DNA of 64,000 nucleotides. Source: Escherichia coli (GTDB lineage: Bacteria > Pseudomonadota > Gammaproteobacteria > Enterobacterales > Enterobacteriaceae). The stretch is from assembly GCF_001677475.2 (NCBI RefSeq), contig NZ_CP015229.1. One strand, 5' to 3'. A program made the translations under genes and the position numbers. How positions within the stretch are numbered: the first letter of the stretch is position 1; each line of letters opens with the position of its first letter. Under the pieces are notes generated by a model. That model had not been told where the DNA came from, did no database searches, and saw nothing but the letters and a program-made list of their open reading frames with translations. Below are positions 28,252-38,779 of this stretch, one piece after another.

Positions 28252-30297
28252 TTAATCGACAAAATCACCGTGCTGCCTGGCTACCAACGTCAGAATTGAA
28301 TACAGCGCCACCGGGGTTTGATGCTGATTGAATACCTCTACCGACCATTCCACCACACCTGTTGGTTTTTCTTCTGCGCTACGCTGTTTTTTCAGCGTCT
28401 TGCGCTTACAGGTGAGACGCACCTGGATGGTATCGCCTGGTTTTACGGGTTCGATAAAACGCAAGCTTTCCAGCCCATAATTAGCAATGACCGGACCGAC
28501 ACCGGCATCGACAAACAGACCCGCAGCCGCAGAAAGCACAAAATATCCATGTACCACACGCTCACCAAAAATAGATTCGGCAGCAGCAATCTTATCCATA
28601 TGCGCATAGAAATGATCGCCGCTGAGGCAAGCAAAGTTAACAATATCGGCCTCTGTCATTGTTCGGCGGGGAGTCAACAGGCTGTCGCCTGGTTGCAGCT
28701 CCTCAAAATATTTGCGGAACGGATGAATACGATCTTCTTCGACTTTCGCACCACGCACCCACTGTTTACTGATTGCGGCAAGCATCGTCGGACTACCCTG
28801 AACAGCGGTTCGCTGCATGTAATGTTTCACCGCTCGTAAACCGCCTAATTCTTCACCGCCTCCTGCGCGACCAGGCCCACCATGTACCAGTTGTGGCAGT
28901 GGGGAGCCATGCCCGGTGGATTCTTTTGCCGATTCTTCATTGAGGATCTGAATTCGCCCATGCGTACGTGCCGCGTCGGCAATAAACTGACGCGCAATTT
29001 GCGGATCAGCCGTCACCAGCGTTCCCGCAAGGCTACCGCCGCCTGCACAAGCTAGTTGCAGAGCATGTTGCTGGTTTTGTGCTGGCATCAGTGTTGCGAC
29101 AGGGCCAAAGGCTTCTGTTGCATGTACCGCCGGTGTTTCATCCGGCTGCGGACAGTACAATAAGGTTGGCGGGAAGAAGGCACCCGCAGCAGATAAATCC
29201 GCCTGACCACCGAGGCGAATCTCGCATCCTGCAGCCAGCAATGTGTTCACTTTTTCCTGCACATCGGCACGCTGCTCAGCATTTACCAGTGCGCCCATTT
29301 TCACGCCTTCCTGCCCAGGATCACCGACCACGACTTTCTGTAATCGCGCAACCAGAGTATCACTGACAGCATTAACCAATGCCTGCGGCACAATAATCCG
29401 CCGGATTGCCGTACATTTTTGCCCGGCTTTTGTGGTCATCTCACGCACAACTTCACGAATAAACAGCGCAAACTCCGGTTGATCCGGGGTGACATCTTCG
29501 CCCAGTACGCAGCAGTTCAGGGAATCAGCTTCCATGGTGAAGGGGATAGATTTGGCTACGATATTTGGCTGAACTCGCAGCATCTGTCCGGTCGCCGCTG
29601 ACCCCGTGAAAGTCACCACATCCTGGCTGTCCAGATGATCCAACAAGTCGCCCGCACTACCGCAGATCAGACTAATTGCGCCTTCGGGAACAAGACCACT
29701 ATCGACAATTGATTTCACCATCGCCTGAGTCAGTTGGGCCGTCGCGGTAGCTGGTTTGATGATGGCTGGCATTCCGCCCAGCCACGTTGGTGCCAGCTTT
29801 TCCAGCATTCCCCAGCAGGGGAAGTTAAAGGCGTTAATATGCACTGCCACGCCTGACTTTGAGGTCAGTACATGGCGCGCGGCAAATCCTCCTTCTTTCG
29901 ATAAGGGGATCAATTCATCTTCCGGCCACAGCGTATCGTCAGGCAGCTCCCGGCTACCGAGGCTGGCGTAAGTAAATAACGTCCCAATACCGCCTTCAAT
30001 ATCAACCCAACTCTCTGCCCGCGTTGCGCCTGTTTGCGCAGAAAGAGCATAGAAACGCTCTTTTTCACTCAGCAGATGTTTAGCGACCGCTTTAAGCATC
30101 GCCGCACGTTCGATAAAGGTCATAGCGCGGAGGGCGGGGGCGCCTTTTTCAATGGCAAACTGGCGGGCAGCCGCCATATCAAGACCTTCACTGGTCACTT
30201 CCCATAACGCCTCGCCGCTAATGGCGTGATGAATCAAACGGCTACGGCCCCGGCCAGACTGCCAGGTACCGGATAAGAAACTGGCTAACTGCTGCAT
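28252..30297 (-). CDS. paaZ: Bifunctional oxepin-CoA hydrolase / 3-oxo-5,6-dehydrosuberyl-CoA semialdehyde dehydrogenase
   Basis: 681 aa, ALDH domain plus C-terminal MaoC-like hydratase. Confidence 0.95.
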   Translation of the reverse strand: MQQLASFLSGTWQSGRGRSRLIHHAISGEALWEVTSEGLDMAAARQFAIEKGAPALRAMTFIERAAMLKAVAKHLLSEKERFYALSAQTGATRAESWVDIEGGIGTLFTYASLGSRELPDDTLWPEDELIPLSKEGGFAARHVLTSKSGVAVHINAFNFPCWGMLEKLAPTWLGGMPAIIKPATATAQLTQAMVKSIVDSGLVPEGAISLICGSAGDLLDHLDSQDVVTFTGSAATGQMLRVQPNIVAKSIPFTMEADSLNCCVLGEDVTPDQPEFALFIREVVREMTTKAGQKCTAIRRIIVPQALVNAVSDTLVARLQKVVVGDPGQEGVKMGALVNAEQRADVQEKVNTLLAAGCEIRLGGQADLSAAGAFFPPTLLYCPQPDETPAVHATEAFGPVATLMPAQNQQHALQLACAGGGSLAGTLVTADPQIARQFIADAARTHGRIQILNEESAKESTGHGSPLPQLVHGGPGRAGGGEELGGLRAVKHYMQRTAVQGSPTMLAAISKQWVRGAKVEEDRIHPFRKYFEELQPGDSLLTPRRTMTEADIVNFACLSGDHFYAHMDKIAAAESIFGERVVHGYFVLSAAAGLFVDAGVGPVIANYGLESLRFIEPVKPGDTIQVRLTCKRKTLKKQRSAEEKPTGVVEWSVEVFNQHQTPVALYSILTLVARQHGDFVD

Positions 30298-30340
30298 CGC
30301 TACTCTCCAGATGTTTCACATTTCTGTTTCTAATAGTTAA

Positions 30341-30352
30341 ATCACGAATCAT
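30341..30352. promoter_or_regulatory. Putative PaaX operator half-site near the paaZ promoter
   Basis: ATCACGAATCAT (reverse complement contains TGATTCGTGAT), the recalled PaaX recognition motif. Confidence 0.5.
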
Positions 30353-30527
30353 AAAAAGCAAGGCGTATTTTAACGAAGTGTTAACTGTGCGATCTGTATA
30401 TCAACCACTAAAAACATTAATGCACTGATAAATAATGAGTTATAAAAATAGGGTGCGAAATCCGTCACAGTTCAAACATACAAAATTTGTGATTTTAGTT
30501 AACCATTGTGTAACTTTCATAAAACAA

Positions 30528-30540
30528 CGTGATTCGTGTT
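30528..30540. promoter_or_regulatory. Putative PaaX operator near the paaA promoter
   Basis: CGTGATTCGTGTT contains TGATTCGTG; about 45 bp upstream of paaA. Confidence 0.5.
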
Positions 30541-30581
30541 TTTAATTAATTCAAGAAAATTGGAATCGTAAAGGTGATGAC

Positions 30582-31511
30582 GTGACCCAAGAAGAACGCT
30601 TTGAGCAACGGATAGCCCAGGAAATGGCTATCGAGCCGCAGGACTGGATGCCCGATGCTTACCGAAAGACATTGATCCGCCAGATTGGGCAGCATGCGCA
30701 CTCCGAGATTGTTGGTATGTTGCCTGAAGGTAACTGGCTCACTCGCGCACCAACCTTGCGGCGTAAAGCAATTCTGTTAGCCAAAGTGCAGGATGAAGCC
30801 GGTCATGGTCTGTATCTCTATAGCGCCGCCGAAACACTGGGCTGCGCCAGAGAAGACATCTACCAAAAAATGCTCGACGGACGGATGAAATATTCCTCCA
30901 TCTTTAATTATCCGACATTGAGTTGGGCTGATATCGGCGTTATCGGCTGGCTGGTGGATGGCGCAGCGATCGTCAATCAGGTGGCGTTATGCCGCACTTC
31001 TTATGGCCCGTATGCCAGAGCAATGGTGAAAATCTGCAAAGAAGAGAGTTTTCACCAGCGTCAAGGGTTTGAAGCCTGTATGGCACTGGCGCAGGGCAGC
31101 GAAGCTCAAAAGCAGATGTTGCAAGACGCCATTAACCGTTTCTGGTGGCCAGCCTTAATGATGTTCGGGCCAAACGATGATAACTCGCCAAACAGCGCCA
31201 GAAGTCTCGCCTGGAAAATCAAACGTTTCACCAACGACGAACTCCGCCAGCGTTTTGTGGATAACACCGTTCCACAGGTTGAAATGCTCGGTATGACCGT
31301 TCCTGACCCGGATCTGCATTTTGATACTGAAAGCGGTCACTACCGCTTTGGTGAGATCGACTGGCAGGAGTTTAACGAAGTAATTAACGGTCGCGGAATT
31401 TGTAATCAGGAGCGGCTCGACGCCAAACGTAAAGCCTGGGAAGAAGGTACCTGGGTACGGGAAGCAGCGCTGGCCCATGCACAAAAACAACTTGCCTGTA
31501 AGGTCGCATAA
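30582..31511 (+). CDS. paaA: Phenylacetyl-CoA 1,2-epoxidase catalytic subunit
   Basis: 309 aa; first gene of the paa operon. Confidence 0.95.
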   Translation: MTQEERFEQRIAQEMAIEPQDWMPDAYRKTLIRQIGQHAHSEIVGMLPEGNWLTRAPTLRRKAILLAKVQDEAGHGLYLYSAAETLGCAREDIYQKMLDGRMKYSSIFNYPTLSWADIGVIGWLVDGAAIVNQVALCRTSYGPYARAMVKICKEESFHQRQGFEACMALAQGSEAQKQMLQDAINRFWWPALMMFGPNDDNSPNSARSLAWKIKRFTNDELRQRFVDNTVPQVEMLGMTVPDPDLHFDTESGHYRFGEIDWQEFNEVINGRGICNQERLDAKRKAWEEGTWVREAALAHAQKQLACKVA

Positions 31512-31522
31512 GGAGATTCAAA

Positions 31523-31810
31523 ATGAGTAATGTTTACTGGCCGTTATACGAAGTTTTCGTGCGTGGCAAACAGGGCTTATCACACCGCCATGTTGGCAGT
31601 TTACATGCTACCGATGAGCGGATGGCACTGGAAAATGCCCGTGATGCTTACACCCGTCGTAGCGAAGGATGTTCAATTTGGGTGGTGAAGGCGAGTGAAA
31701 TTGTTGCCTCGCAACCGGAAGAACGCGGTGAATTTTTTGATCCGGCTGAAAGCAAAGTCTATCGCCATCCAACGTTTTACACCATCCCTGATGGCATTGA
31801 GCACATGTGA
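31523..31810 (+). CDS. paaB: Phenylacetyl-CoA epoxidase subunit B
   Basis: 95 aa. Confidence 0.95.
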   Translation: MSNVYWPLYEVFVRGKQGLSHRHVGSLHATDERMALENARDAYTRRSEGCSIWVVKASEIVASQPEERGEFFDPAESKVYRHPTFYTIPDGIEHM

Positions 31811-31818
31811 GGTCGGAA

Positions 31819-32565
31819 ATGAATCAATTAACGGCTTACACCTTGCGCCTGGGCGATAACTGTCTGGTGCTCTCCCAGCGGTTGGGGGAATGGTGCGGTC
31901 ACGCACCGGAACTGGAAATCGATCTCGCACTGGCAAACATTGGCCTCGATTTATTAGGTCAGGCACGCAACTTCTTATCGTATGCCGCTGAATTAGCGGG
32001 AGAAAGCGATGAAGATACCCTGGCCTTCACACGAGACGAGCGCCAGTTCAGCAACTTATTGTTGGTTGAACAACCAAACGGCAATTTTGCCGACACCATT
32101 GCACGCCAGTATTTCATCGATGCATGGCATGTGGCGCTCTTTACCCGTCTGATGGAAAGCCGCGAGCTGCAACTGGCGGCGATTTCTGCCAAAGCAATTA
32201 AAGAAGCGCGTTATCACCTGCGTTTTAGTCGTGGCTGGCTGGAGCGACTGGGCAATGGTACTGACGTATCAGGGCAAAAGATGCAGCAGGCCATCGACAA
32301 GTTGTGGCGTTTTACTGCCGAACTGTTCGATGCCGACGAGATTGATATTGCACTGAGTGAAGAGGGTATTGCGGTTGATCCACGCACTTTACGCGCAGCG
32401 TGGGAAGCCGAAGTTTTTGCCGGGATCAACGAAGCCACATTGAATGTTCCGCAAGAGCAGGCGTATCGCACTGGCGGTAAAAAAGGACTGCATACCGAAC
32501 ACCTTGGGCCAATGCTGGCAGAAATGCAGTATCTCCAGCGTGTCTTGCCCGGTCAGCAGTGGTAA
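31819..32565 (+). CDS. paaC: Phenylacetyl-CoA epoxidase subunit C
   Basis: 248 aa from MNQLTAYTLRLGDN...; SD GAGG upstream. Confidence 0.9.
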   Translation: MNQLTAYTLRLGDNCLVLSQRLGEWCGHAPELEIDLALANIGLDLLGQARNFLSYAAELAGESDEDTLAFTRDERQFSNLLLVEQPNGNFADTIARQYFIDAWHVALFTRLMESRELQLAAISAKAIKEARYHLRFSRGWLERLGNGTDVSGQKMQQAIDKLWRFTAELFDADEIDIALSEEGIAVDPRTLRAAWEAEVFAGINEATLNVPQEQAYRTGGKKGLHTEHLGPMLAEMQYLQRVLPGQQW

Positions 32566-32579
32566 CAGAGGAGATGGGT

Positions 32580-33077
32580 ATGCAACGTCTGGCCACCATT
32601 GCACCGCCACAGGTGCATGAGATATGGGCGCTACTCAGCCTGATCCCGGACCCGGAGATCCCGGTGCTGACCATTACCGATTTAGGCATGGTGCGTAATG
32701 TGACACAGATGGGAGAAGGATGGGTGATCGGCTTTACGCCGACATATTCCGGTTGTCCGGCAACGGAACATTTGATTGGCGCGATACGTGAGGCAATGTC
32801 AACCCACGGGTTTACCCCCGTTCAGGTTGTGCTGCAACTTGACCCGGCATGGACCACCGACTGGATGACCCCCGATGCCCGTGAGCGTCTGCGAGAGTAT
32901 GGCATTAGCCCGCCCGCAGGACACAGTTGCCATGCCCATTTGCCGCCAGAAGTACGTTGCCCGCGCTGCGCCAGCGTCCATACCACACTTATCAGTGAAT
33001 TTGGTTCCACGGCCTGCAAAGCATTGTACCGCTGCGATAGTTGCCGCGAACCTTTCGATTATTTCAAATGTATTTGA
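32580..33077 (+). CDS. paaD: Phenylacetate degradation protein PaaD
   Basis: 165 aa from MQRLATIAPPQ... Confidence 0.9.
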   Translation: MQRLATIAPPQVHEIWALLSLIPDPEIPVLTITDLGMVRNVTQMGEGWVIGFTPTYSGCPATEHLIGAIREAMSTHGFTPVQVVLQLDPAWTTDWMTPDARERLREYGISPPAGHSCHAHLPPEVRCPRCASVHTTLISEFGSTACKALYRCDSCREPFDYFKCI

Positions 33078-33084
33078 GGATGCC

Positions 33085-34155
33085 ATGACAACGTTTCATT
33101 CCTTAACGGTGGCAAAAGTCGAGCCGGAAACCCGTGATGCGGTGACCATTACCTTTGCGGTGCCCCAGCCTTTGCAGGAGGCGTATCGCTTTCGCCCCGG
33201 TCAACATTTGACCTTAAAAGCCAGCTTTGATGGTGAAGAATTACGCCGTTGTTACTCCATTTGCCGCAGCTACCTGCCTGGCGAAATTAGCGTGGCGGTG
33301 AAAGCCATTGAAGGCGGACGTTTCTCCCGCTATGCCCGCGAACACATCCGCCAGGGTATGACGCTGGAGGTCATGGTGCCGCAGGGTCATTTCGGCTATC
33401 AGCCGCAGGCCGAACGCCAGGGGCGCTATCTGGCTATTGCAGCAGGATCAGGTATTACGCCAATGCTGGCGATTATCGCCACCACTTTACAAACCGAGCC
33501 TGAAAGTCAGTTCACCCTGATCTATGGTAACCGTACCAGCCAGAGCATGATGTTTCGCCAGGCACTGGCAGACCTGAAAGACAAATATCCTCAGCGTTTA
33601 CAGTTGTTGTGCATTTTCAGTCAGGAAACCCTCGACAGCGATCTGCTTCACGGGCGTATTGACGGTGAAAAATTACAGTCACTTGGGGCCTCGCTCATTA
33701 ATTTTCGTCTTTATGATGAGGCATTTATTTGTGGTCCGGCGGCGATGATGGATGAGACGGAAGCCGCCTTCAAAGCACTGGGAATGTCAGATAAAACCAT
33801 TCATCTGGAGCGGTTTAATACACCTGGCACGCGCGTCAAACGTAACGTTAACGTGCAAAGTGACGGACAAAAAGTGACTGTACGTCAGGATGGGCGGGAT
33901 CGGGAAATCGTGCTTAATGCCGACGATGAAAGTATTCTCGATGCGGCATTGCGCCAGGGGGCGGATCTGCCCTATGCCTGCAAAGGCGGCGTGTGTGCGA
34001 CCTGCAAATGCAAAGTGCTGCGTGGCAAAGTGGCGATGGAAACCAATTACAGTCTGGAACCGGATGAACTGGCCGCAGGCTATGTGTTAAGTTGCCAGGC
34101 ACTGCCGCTGACCAGCGATGTGGTGGTTGACTTTGACGCGAAGGGGATGGCATGA
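33085..34155 (+). CDS. paaE: Phenylacetyl-CoA epoxidase reductase subunit (FNR-like plus 2Fe-2S ferredoxin)
   Basis: 356 aa from MTTFHSLTVAK...; C-terminal Cys cluster CKGGVCATCKC. Confidence 0.9.
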   Translation: MTTFHSLTVAKVEPETRDAVTITFAVPQPLQEAYRFRPGQHLTLKASFDGEELRRCYSICRSYLPGEISVAVKAIEGGRFSRYAREHIRQGMTLEVMVPQGHFGYQPQAERQGRYLAIAAGSGITPMLAIIATTLQTEPESQFTLIYGNRTSQSMMFRQALADLKDKYPQRLQLLCIFSQETLDSDLLHGRIDGEKLQSLGASLINFRLYDEAFICGPAAMMDETEAAFKALGMSDKTIHLERFNTPGTRVKRNVNVQSDGQKVTVRQDGRDREIVLNADDESILDAALRQGADLPYACKGGVCATCKCKVLRGKVAMETNYSLEPDELAAGYVLSCQALPLTSDVVVDFDAKGMA

Positions 34156-34919
34156 GCGAACTGATCGTCAGCCGTCAGCAACAAGTATTGTTACTGACCC
34201 TTAACCGTCCCGCCGCACGTAATGCACTGAATAATGCTCTGCTGACGCAACTGGTAAATGAACTGGAAGCTGCGGCTATCGATAGCAGTATTTCGGCCTG
34301 TGTGATTACCGGTAATGCACGCTTTTTTGCCGCCGGGGCCGATCTCAACGAAATGGCAGAAAAAGATCTTGCGGCCACCTTAAACGATACACGCCCGCAG
34401 CTATGGGCGCGATTGCAGGCCTTTAACAAACCACTCATCGCAGCCGTCAACGGTTACGCGCTTGGTGCAGGTTGCGAACTGGCATTGTTGTGCGATGTGG
34501 TGGTTGCCGGAGAGAACGCGCGTTTTGGTTTGCCGGAAATCACTCTCGGCATCATGCCTGGCGCAGGAGGAACGCAACGTTTAATCCGTAGTGTCGGTAA
34601 ATCGTTAGCCAGCAAAATGGTGCTGAGCGGAGAAAGCATCACCGCCCAGCAAGCACTGCAGGCCGGGCTGGTTAGCGACGTCTTCCCCAGCGATTTAACC
34701 CTCGAATACGCCTTACAGCTGGCGTCGAAAATGGCACGTCACTCGCCGCTGGCCTTACAAGCGGCAAAGCAAGCGCTGCGCCAGTCGCAGGAAGTGGGTT
34801 TGCAAGCCGGACTTGCCCAGGAGCGACAGTTATTCACCTTGCTGGCGGCAACAGAAGATCGTCATGAAGGCATCTCCGCTTTTTTACAAAAACGCACGCC
34901 CGACTTTAAAGGACGCTAA
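34152..34919 (+). CDS. paaF: 2,3-dehydroadipyl-CoA hydratase (enoyl-CoA hydratase)
   Basis: 255 aa crotonase fold. Confidence 0.95.
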   Translation: MSELIVSRQQQVLLLTLNRPAARNALNNALLTQLVNELEAAAIDSSISACVITGNARFFAAGADLNEMAEKDLAATLNDTRPQLWARLQAFNKPLIAAVNGYALGAGCELALLCDVVVAGENARFGLPEITLGIMPGAGGTQRLIRSVGKSLASKMVLSGESITAQQALQAGLVSDVFPSDLTLEYALQLASKMARHSPLALQAAKQALRQSQEVGLQAGLAQERQLFTLLAATEDRHEGISAFLQKRTPDFKGR

Positions 34920-35707
34920 TGATGGAATTCATCCTCAGTCATGTAGAAAAGGGCGTGATGACACTAACGCTCAACCGCCCGGAACGCCTGAACAGTTTTA
35001 ATGATGAGATGCACGCACAACTGGCAGAGTGCCTGAAACAGGTCGAGCGCGACGACACTATCCGTTGCCTGTTAATTACAGGTGCCGGGCGCGGATTTTG
35101 TGCTGGTCAGGATCTTAACGATCGTAACGTTGATCCCACTGGCCCCGCACCGGATTTAGGTATGTCAGTGGAGCGTTTCTATAACCCACTGGTACGTCGC
35201 CTGGCAAAACTGCCAAAACCAGTGATCTGTGCAGTCAATGGCGTGGCGGCAGGAGCTGGCGCAACACTGGCACTGGGGTGCGATATCGTTATTGCTGCCC
35301 GTTCAGCAAAATTCGTCATGGCGTTTAGTAAGTTAGGTTTGGTACCCGATTGCGGTGGTACCTGGTTACTGCCACGCGTTGCCGGACGAGCGCGCGCCCT
35401 GGGGCTGGCACTGCTGGGGAATCAACTGAGTGCTGAACAGGCGCACGAATGGGGGATGATCTGGCAGGTTGTTGATGATGAAACGCTGGCAGATACCGCG
35501 CAACAGCTGGCACGTCATCTGGCGACACAACCGACATTTGGTCTTGGACTTATCAAGCAAGCGATAAATAGCTCTGAAACCAATACGCTCGATACGCAAC
35601 TGGATCTGGAACGCGACTATCAGCGACTTGCCGGACGGAGCGCAGATTATCGTGAAGGCGTCAGTGCATTCCTGGCTAAACGCTCACCGCAGTTCACGGG
35701 GAAATAG
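34919..35707 (+). CDS. paaG: 1,2-epoxyphenylacetyl-CoA isomerase
   Basis: 262 aa crotonase-family. Confidence 0.95.
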   Translation: MMEFILSHVEKGVMTLTLNRPERLNSFNDEMHAQLAECLKQVERDDTIRCLLITGAGRGFCAGQDLNDRNVDPTGPAPDLGMSVERFYNPLVRRLAKLPKPVICAVNGVAAGAGATLALGCDIVIAARSAKFVMAFSKLGLVPDCGGTWLLPRVAGRARALGLALLGNQLSAEQAHEWGMIWQVVDDETLADTAQQLARHLATQPTFGLGLIKQAINSSETNTLDTQLDLERDYQRLAGRSADYREGVSAFLAKRSPQFTGK

Positions 35708-35708
35708 C

Positions 35709-37136
35709 ATGATGATAAATGTGCAAACTGTGGCAGTGATTGGGAGCGGCACCATGGGGGCAGGCATTGCTGAAGTTGCCGCCAGTCATGGACGTCAGGT
35801 TTTACTGTATGACATTTCTGCTGAAGCGCTGACCCGCGCAATAGACGGAATACACGCGCGGCTGAATTCACGCGTGAAGCGGGGAAAACTGACCGCTGAA
35901 ACCTGTGAACGCACATTGAAACGCCTGATCCCGGTGACCGATATTCACGCGCTGGCAGCAGCGGACCTGGTCATTGAAGCGGCGTCTGAGCGTCTGGACG
36001 TCAAAAAAGCGCTCTTTGCACAGCTGGCGGAAGTTTGCCCGCCACAAACGCTATTGACCACTAACACTTCGTCAATCTCTATAACCGCGATTGCTGCGGA
36101 GGTGAAGAATCCTGAACGTGTTGCGGGGCTGCATTTTTTTAACCCGGCACCGGTGATGAAGTTGGTGGAGGTGGTCAGTGGGCTGGCAACGGCGGCGGAA
36201 GTTGTCGAGCAGCTGTGTGAACTGACATTGAGTTGGGGTAAGCAGCCGGTGCGCTGTCATTCGACTCCTGGATTTATCGTTAACCGTGTAGCGCGTCCTT
36301 ATTATTCCGAGGCCTGGCGGGCACTGGAAGAGCAGGTTGCTGCACCAGAAGTGATTGACGCTGCGCTACGCGATGGCGCTGGTTTCCCGATGGGGCCGCT
36401 GGAATTAACCGATCTGATTGGTCAGGACGTCAATTTTGCTGTCACCTGTTCGGTGTTTAACGCTTTCTGGCAGGAGCGTCGTTTTTTACCTTCGCTGGTG
36501 CAACAGGAACTGGTGATTGGTGGACGGTTGGGCAAAAAAAGTGGGCTTGGCGTGTACGACTGGCGCGCGGAACGTGAGGCAGTTGTTGGCCTGGAAGCGG
36601 TTAGCGACAGTTTTAGCCCAATGAAAGTAGAAAATAAAAGTGACGGTGTCACGGAAATTGACGATGTTTTATTGATTGAGACACAAGGCGAGACGGCACA
36701 GGCGCTGGCAACACGACTGGCGCGCCCGGTGGTAGTGATCGACAAAATGGCGGGCAAGGTGGTGACCATTGCTGCTGCAGCGGTGAACCCGGACTCAGCG
36801 ACCCGCAAGGCCATTTATTACCTGCAACAGCAGGGCAAAACAGTGCTGCAAATTGCAGATTACCCAGGAATGCTGATTTGGCGAACGGTAGCAATGATCA
36901 TCAATGAAGCCCTCGATGCGCTGCAAAAAGGCGTGGCTTCTGAGCAGGATATCGATACCGCCATGCGTCTTGGGGTGAATTATCCATATGGCCCGCTTGC
37001 ATGGGGAGCGCAACTTGGCTGGCAGCGAATATTAAGGCTCCTGGAAAACCTACAACATCACTATGGCGAAGAACGCTATCGCCCATGTTCATTGCTGCGC
37101 CAACGGGCGCTTCTGGAGAGCGGTTATGAGTCATAA
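35709..37136 (+). CDS. paaH: 3-hydroxyadipyl-CoA dehydrogenase
   Basis: 475 aa from MMINVQTVAVIGSGTMGAGIA (Rossmann motif). Confidence 0.9.
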   Translation: MMINVQTVAVIGSGTMGAGIAEVAASHGRQVLLYDISAEALTRAIDGIHARLNSRVKRGKLTAETCERTLKRLIPVTDIHALAAADLVIEAASERLDVKKALFAQLAEVCPPQTLLTTNTSSISITAIAAEVKNPERVAGLHFFNPAPVMKLVEVVSGLATAAEVVEQLCELTLSWGKQPVRCHSTPGFIVNRVARPYYSEAWRALEEQVAAPEVIDAALRDGAGFPMGPLELTDLIGQDVNFAVTCSVFNAFWQERRFLPSLVQQELVIGGRLGKKSGLGVYDWRAEREAVVGLEAVSDSFSPMKVENKSDGVTEIDDVLLIETQGETAQALATRLARPVVVIDKMAGKVVTIAAAAVNPDSATRKAIYYLQQQGKTVLQIADYPGMLIWRTVAMIINEALDALQKGVASEQDIDTAMRLGVNYPYGPLAWGAQLGWQRILRLLENLQHHYGEERYRPCSLLRQRALLESGYES

Positions 37137-37548
37137 GGCCTGGCAAAATGCCCATGCAATGTATGAGAACGATGCCTGCGCCAAAGCGCTTGGCATCGAC
37201 ATTATCTCAATGGATGAAGGCTTTGCTGTAGTGACCATGACCGTCACTGCACAAATGCTTAATGGTCATCAAAGTTGCCATGGTGGGCAGCTATTTTCAC
37301 TGGCTGATACTGCCTTTGCCTACGCCTGCAATAGCCAGGGGCTGGCAGCCGTCGCTTCTGGCTGCACGATTGATTTTTTACGTCCAGGCTTTGCCGGAGA
37401 CACCTTAACTGCGACTGCGCAGGTACGTCATCAGGGCAAGCAAACCGGTGTTTACGACATCGAAATTGTTAACCAACAACAAAAAACGGTTGCGCTGTTT
37501 CGCGGTAAATCTCACCGCATCGGCGGCACCATTACAGGAGAAGCCTGA
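37126..37548 (+). CDS. paaI: Hotdog-fold phenylacetyl-CoA thioesterase
   Basis: 140 aa from MSHKAWQNAH... Confidence 0.9.
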   Translation: MSHKAWQNAHAMYENDACAKALGIDIISMDEGFAVVTMTVTAQMLNGHQSCHGGQLFSLADTAFAYACNSQGLAAVASGCTIDFLRPGFAGDTLTATAQVRHQGKQTGVYDIEIVNQQQKTVALFRGKSHRIGGTITGEA

Positions 37549-38753
37549 TGCGTGAAGCCTTTATATGTGACGGAATTCGTACACCAATTGGCCGCTACGG
37601 TGGGACATTATCAGGTGTTCGGGCTGACGATCTGGCAGCTATGCCTTTGCGGGAGTTGCTGGTGCGAAACCCGCGTCTCGATGCGGAGTGTATCGATGAT
37701 GTGATCCTTGGCTGTGCTAATCAGGCGGGAGAAGATAACCGTAACGTAGCACGGATGGCGACGTTACTGGCGGGGCTGCCGCAGAGTGTTTCCGGCACAA
37801 CCATTAACCGCTTGTGTGGTTCCGGGCTGGACGCGCTGGGGTTTGCTGCTCGGGCGATTAAAGCGGGCGATGGCGACTTGCTGATCGCCGGTGGTGTGGA
37901 ATCAATGTCACGGGCGCCGTTTGTTATGGGCAAGGCAACCAGTGCATTTTCTCGTCAGGCAGAGATGTTTGATACCACTATTGGCTGGCGATTTGTGAAC
38001 CCGCTCATGGCTCAGCAATTTGGAACTGACAGCATGCCGGAAACGGCAGAGAATGTAGCTGAACTGTTAAAAATCTCGCGAGAAGATCAAGATAGTTTTG
38101 CGCTACGCAGTCAGCAACGTACGGCAAAAGCGCAATCTTCAGGCATTTTAGCTGAAGAGATTGTTCCGGTTGTGTTGAAAAACAAAAAAGGTGTTGTAAC
38201 AGAAATACAACATGACGAGCATCTGCGCCCGGAAACGACGCTGGAACAGTTACGTGGACTAAAAGCACCATTTCGTGCCAATGGAGTGATCACCGCAGGC
38301 AATGCCTCCGGGGTGAATGATGGAGCCGCTGCGTTGATTATTGCCAGTGAACAGATGGCAGCAGCGCAAGGACTGACACCGCGGGCGCGTATCGTAGCCA
38401 TGGCAACCGCCGGGGTGGAACCGCGTCTGATGGGGCTTGGTCCGGTGCCTGCAACTCGCAGGGTGCTGGAACGCGCGGGGCTGAGTATTCACGATATGGA
38501 CGTGATTGAACTGAACGAAGCGTTCGCGGCCCAGGCGTTGGGTGTACTACGCGAATTGGGGCTGCCTGATGATGCCCCACATGTTAACCCCAACGGAGGC
38601 GCTATCGCCTTAGGCCATCCGTTGGGAATGAGTGGTACCCGCCTGGCACTGGCTGCCAGCCATGAGCTGCATCGGCGTAACGGTCGTTACGCATTGTGCA
38701 CCATGTGCATCGGTGTCGGTCAGGGCATCGCCATGATTCTGGAGCGTGTTTGA
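37548..38753 (+). CDS. paaJ: 3-oxoadipyl-CoA / 3-oxo-5,6-dehydrosuberyl-CoA thiolase
   Basis: 401 aa thiolase. Confidence 0.95.
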   Translation: MREAFICDGIRTPIGRYGGTLSGVRADDLAAMPLRELLVRNPRLDAECIDDVILGCANQAGEDNRNVARMATLLAGLPQSVSGTTINRLCGSGLDALGFAARAIKAGDGDLLIAGGVESMSRAPFVMGKATSAFSRQAEMFDTTIGWRFVNPLMAQQFGTDSMPETAENVAELLKISREDQDSFALRSQQRTAKAQSSGILAEEIVPVVLKNKKGVVTEIQHDEHLRPETTLEQLRGLKAPFRANGVITAGNASGVNDGAAALIIASEQMAAAQGLTPRARIVAMATAGVEPRLMGLGPVPATRRVLERAGLSIHDMDVIELNEAFAAQALGVLRELGLPDDAPHVNPNGGAIALGHPLGMSGTRLALAASHELHRRNGRYALCTMCIGVGQGIAMILERV

Positions 38754-38779
38754 GCATATCAACCTGCGAGTACCCTACA

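Noticed and set aside
28318-28839. 173-aa plus-strand ORF inside paaZ
   Set aside because: Antisense to paaZ; no support.
32875-33084. N-terminal extension of paaE (426-aa ORF from the track)
   Set aside because: The extension overlaps the 3' half of paaD in another frame; the ATG at 33085 gives the canonical 356-aa PaaE directly after the paaD stop.
35628-35708. N-terminal extensions of paaH, and similarly of paaI (37063), paaK (38696), paaC (31807) and paaD (32559)
   Set aside because: Each extension overlaps the upstream gene; internal ATGs placed immediately after the upstream stop give the known protein lengths.
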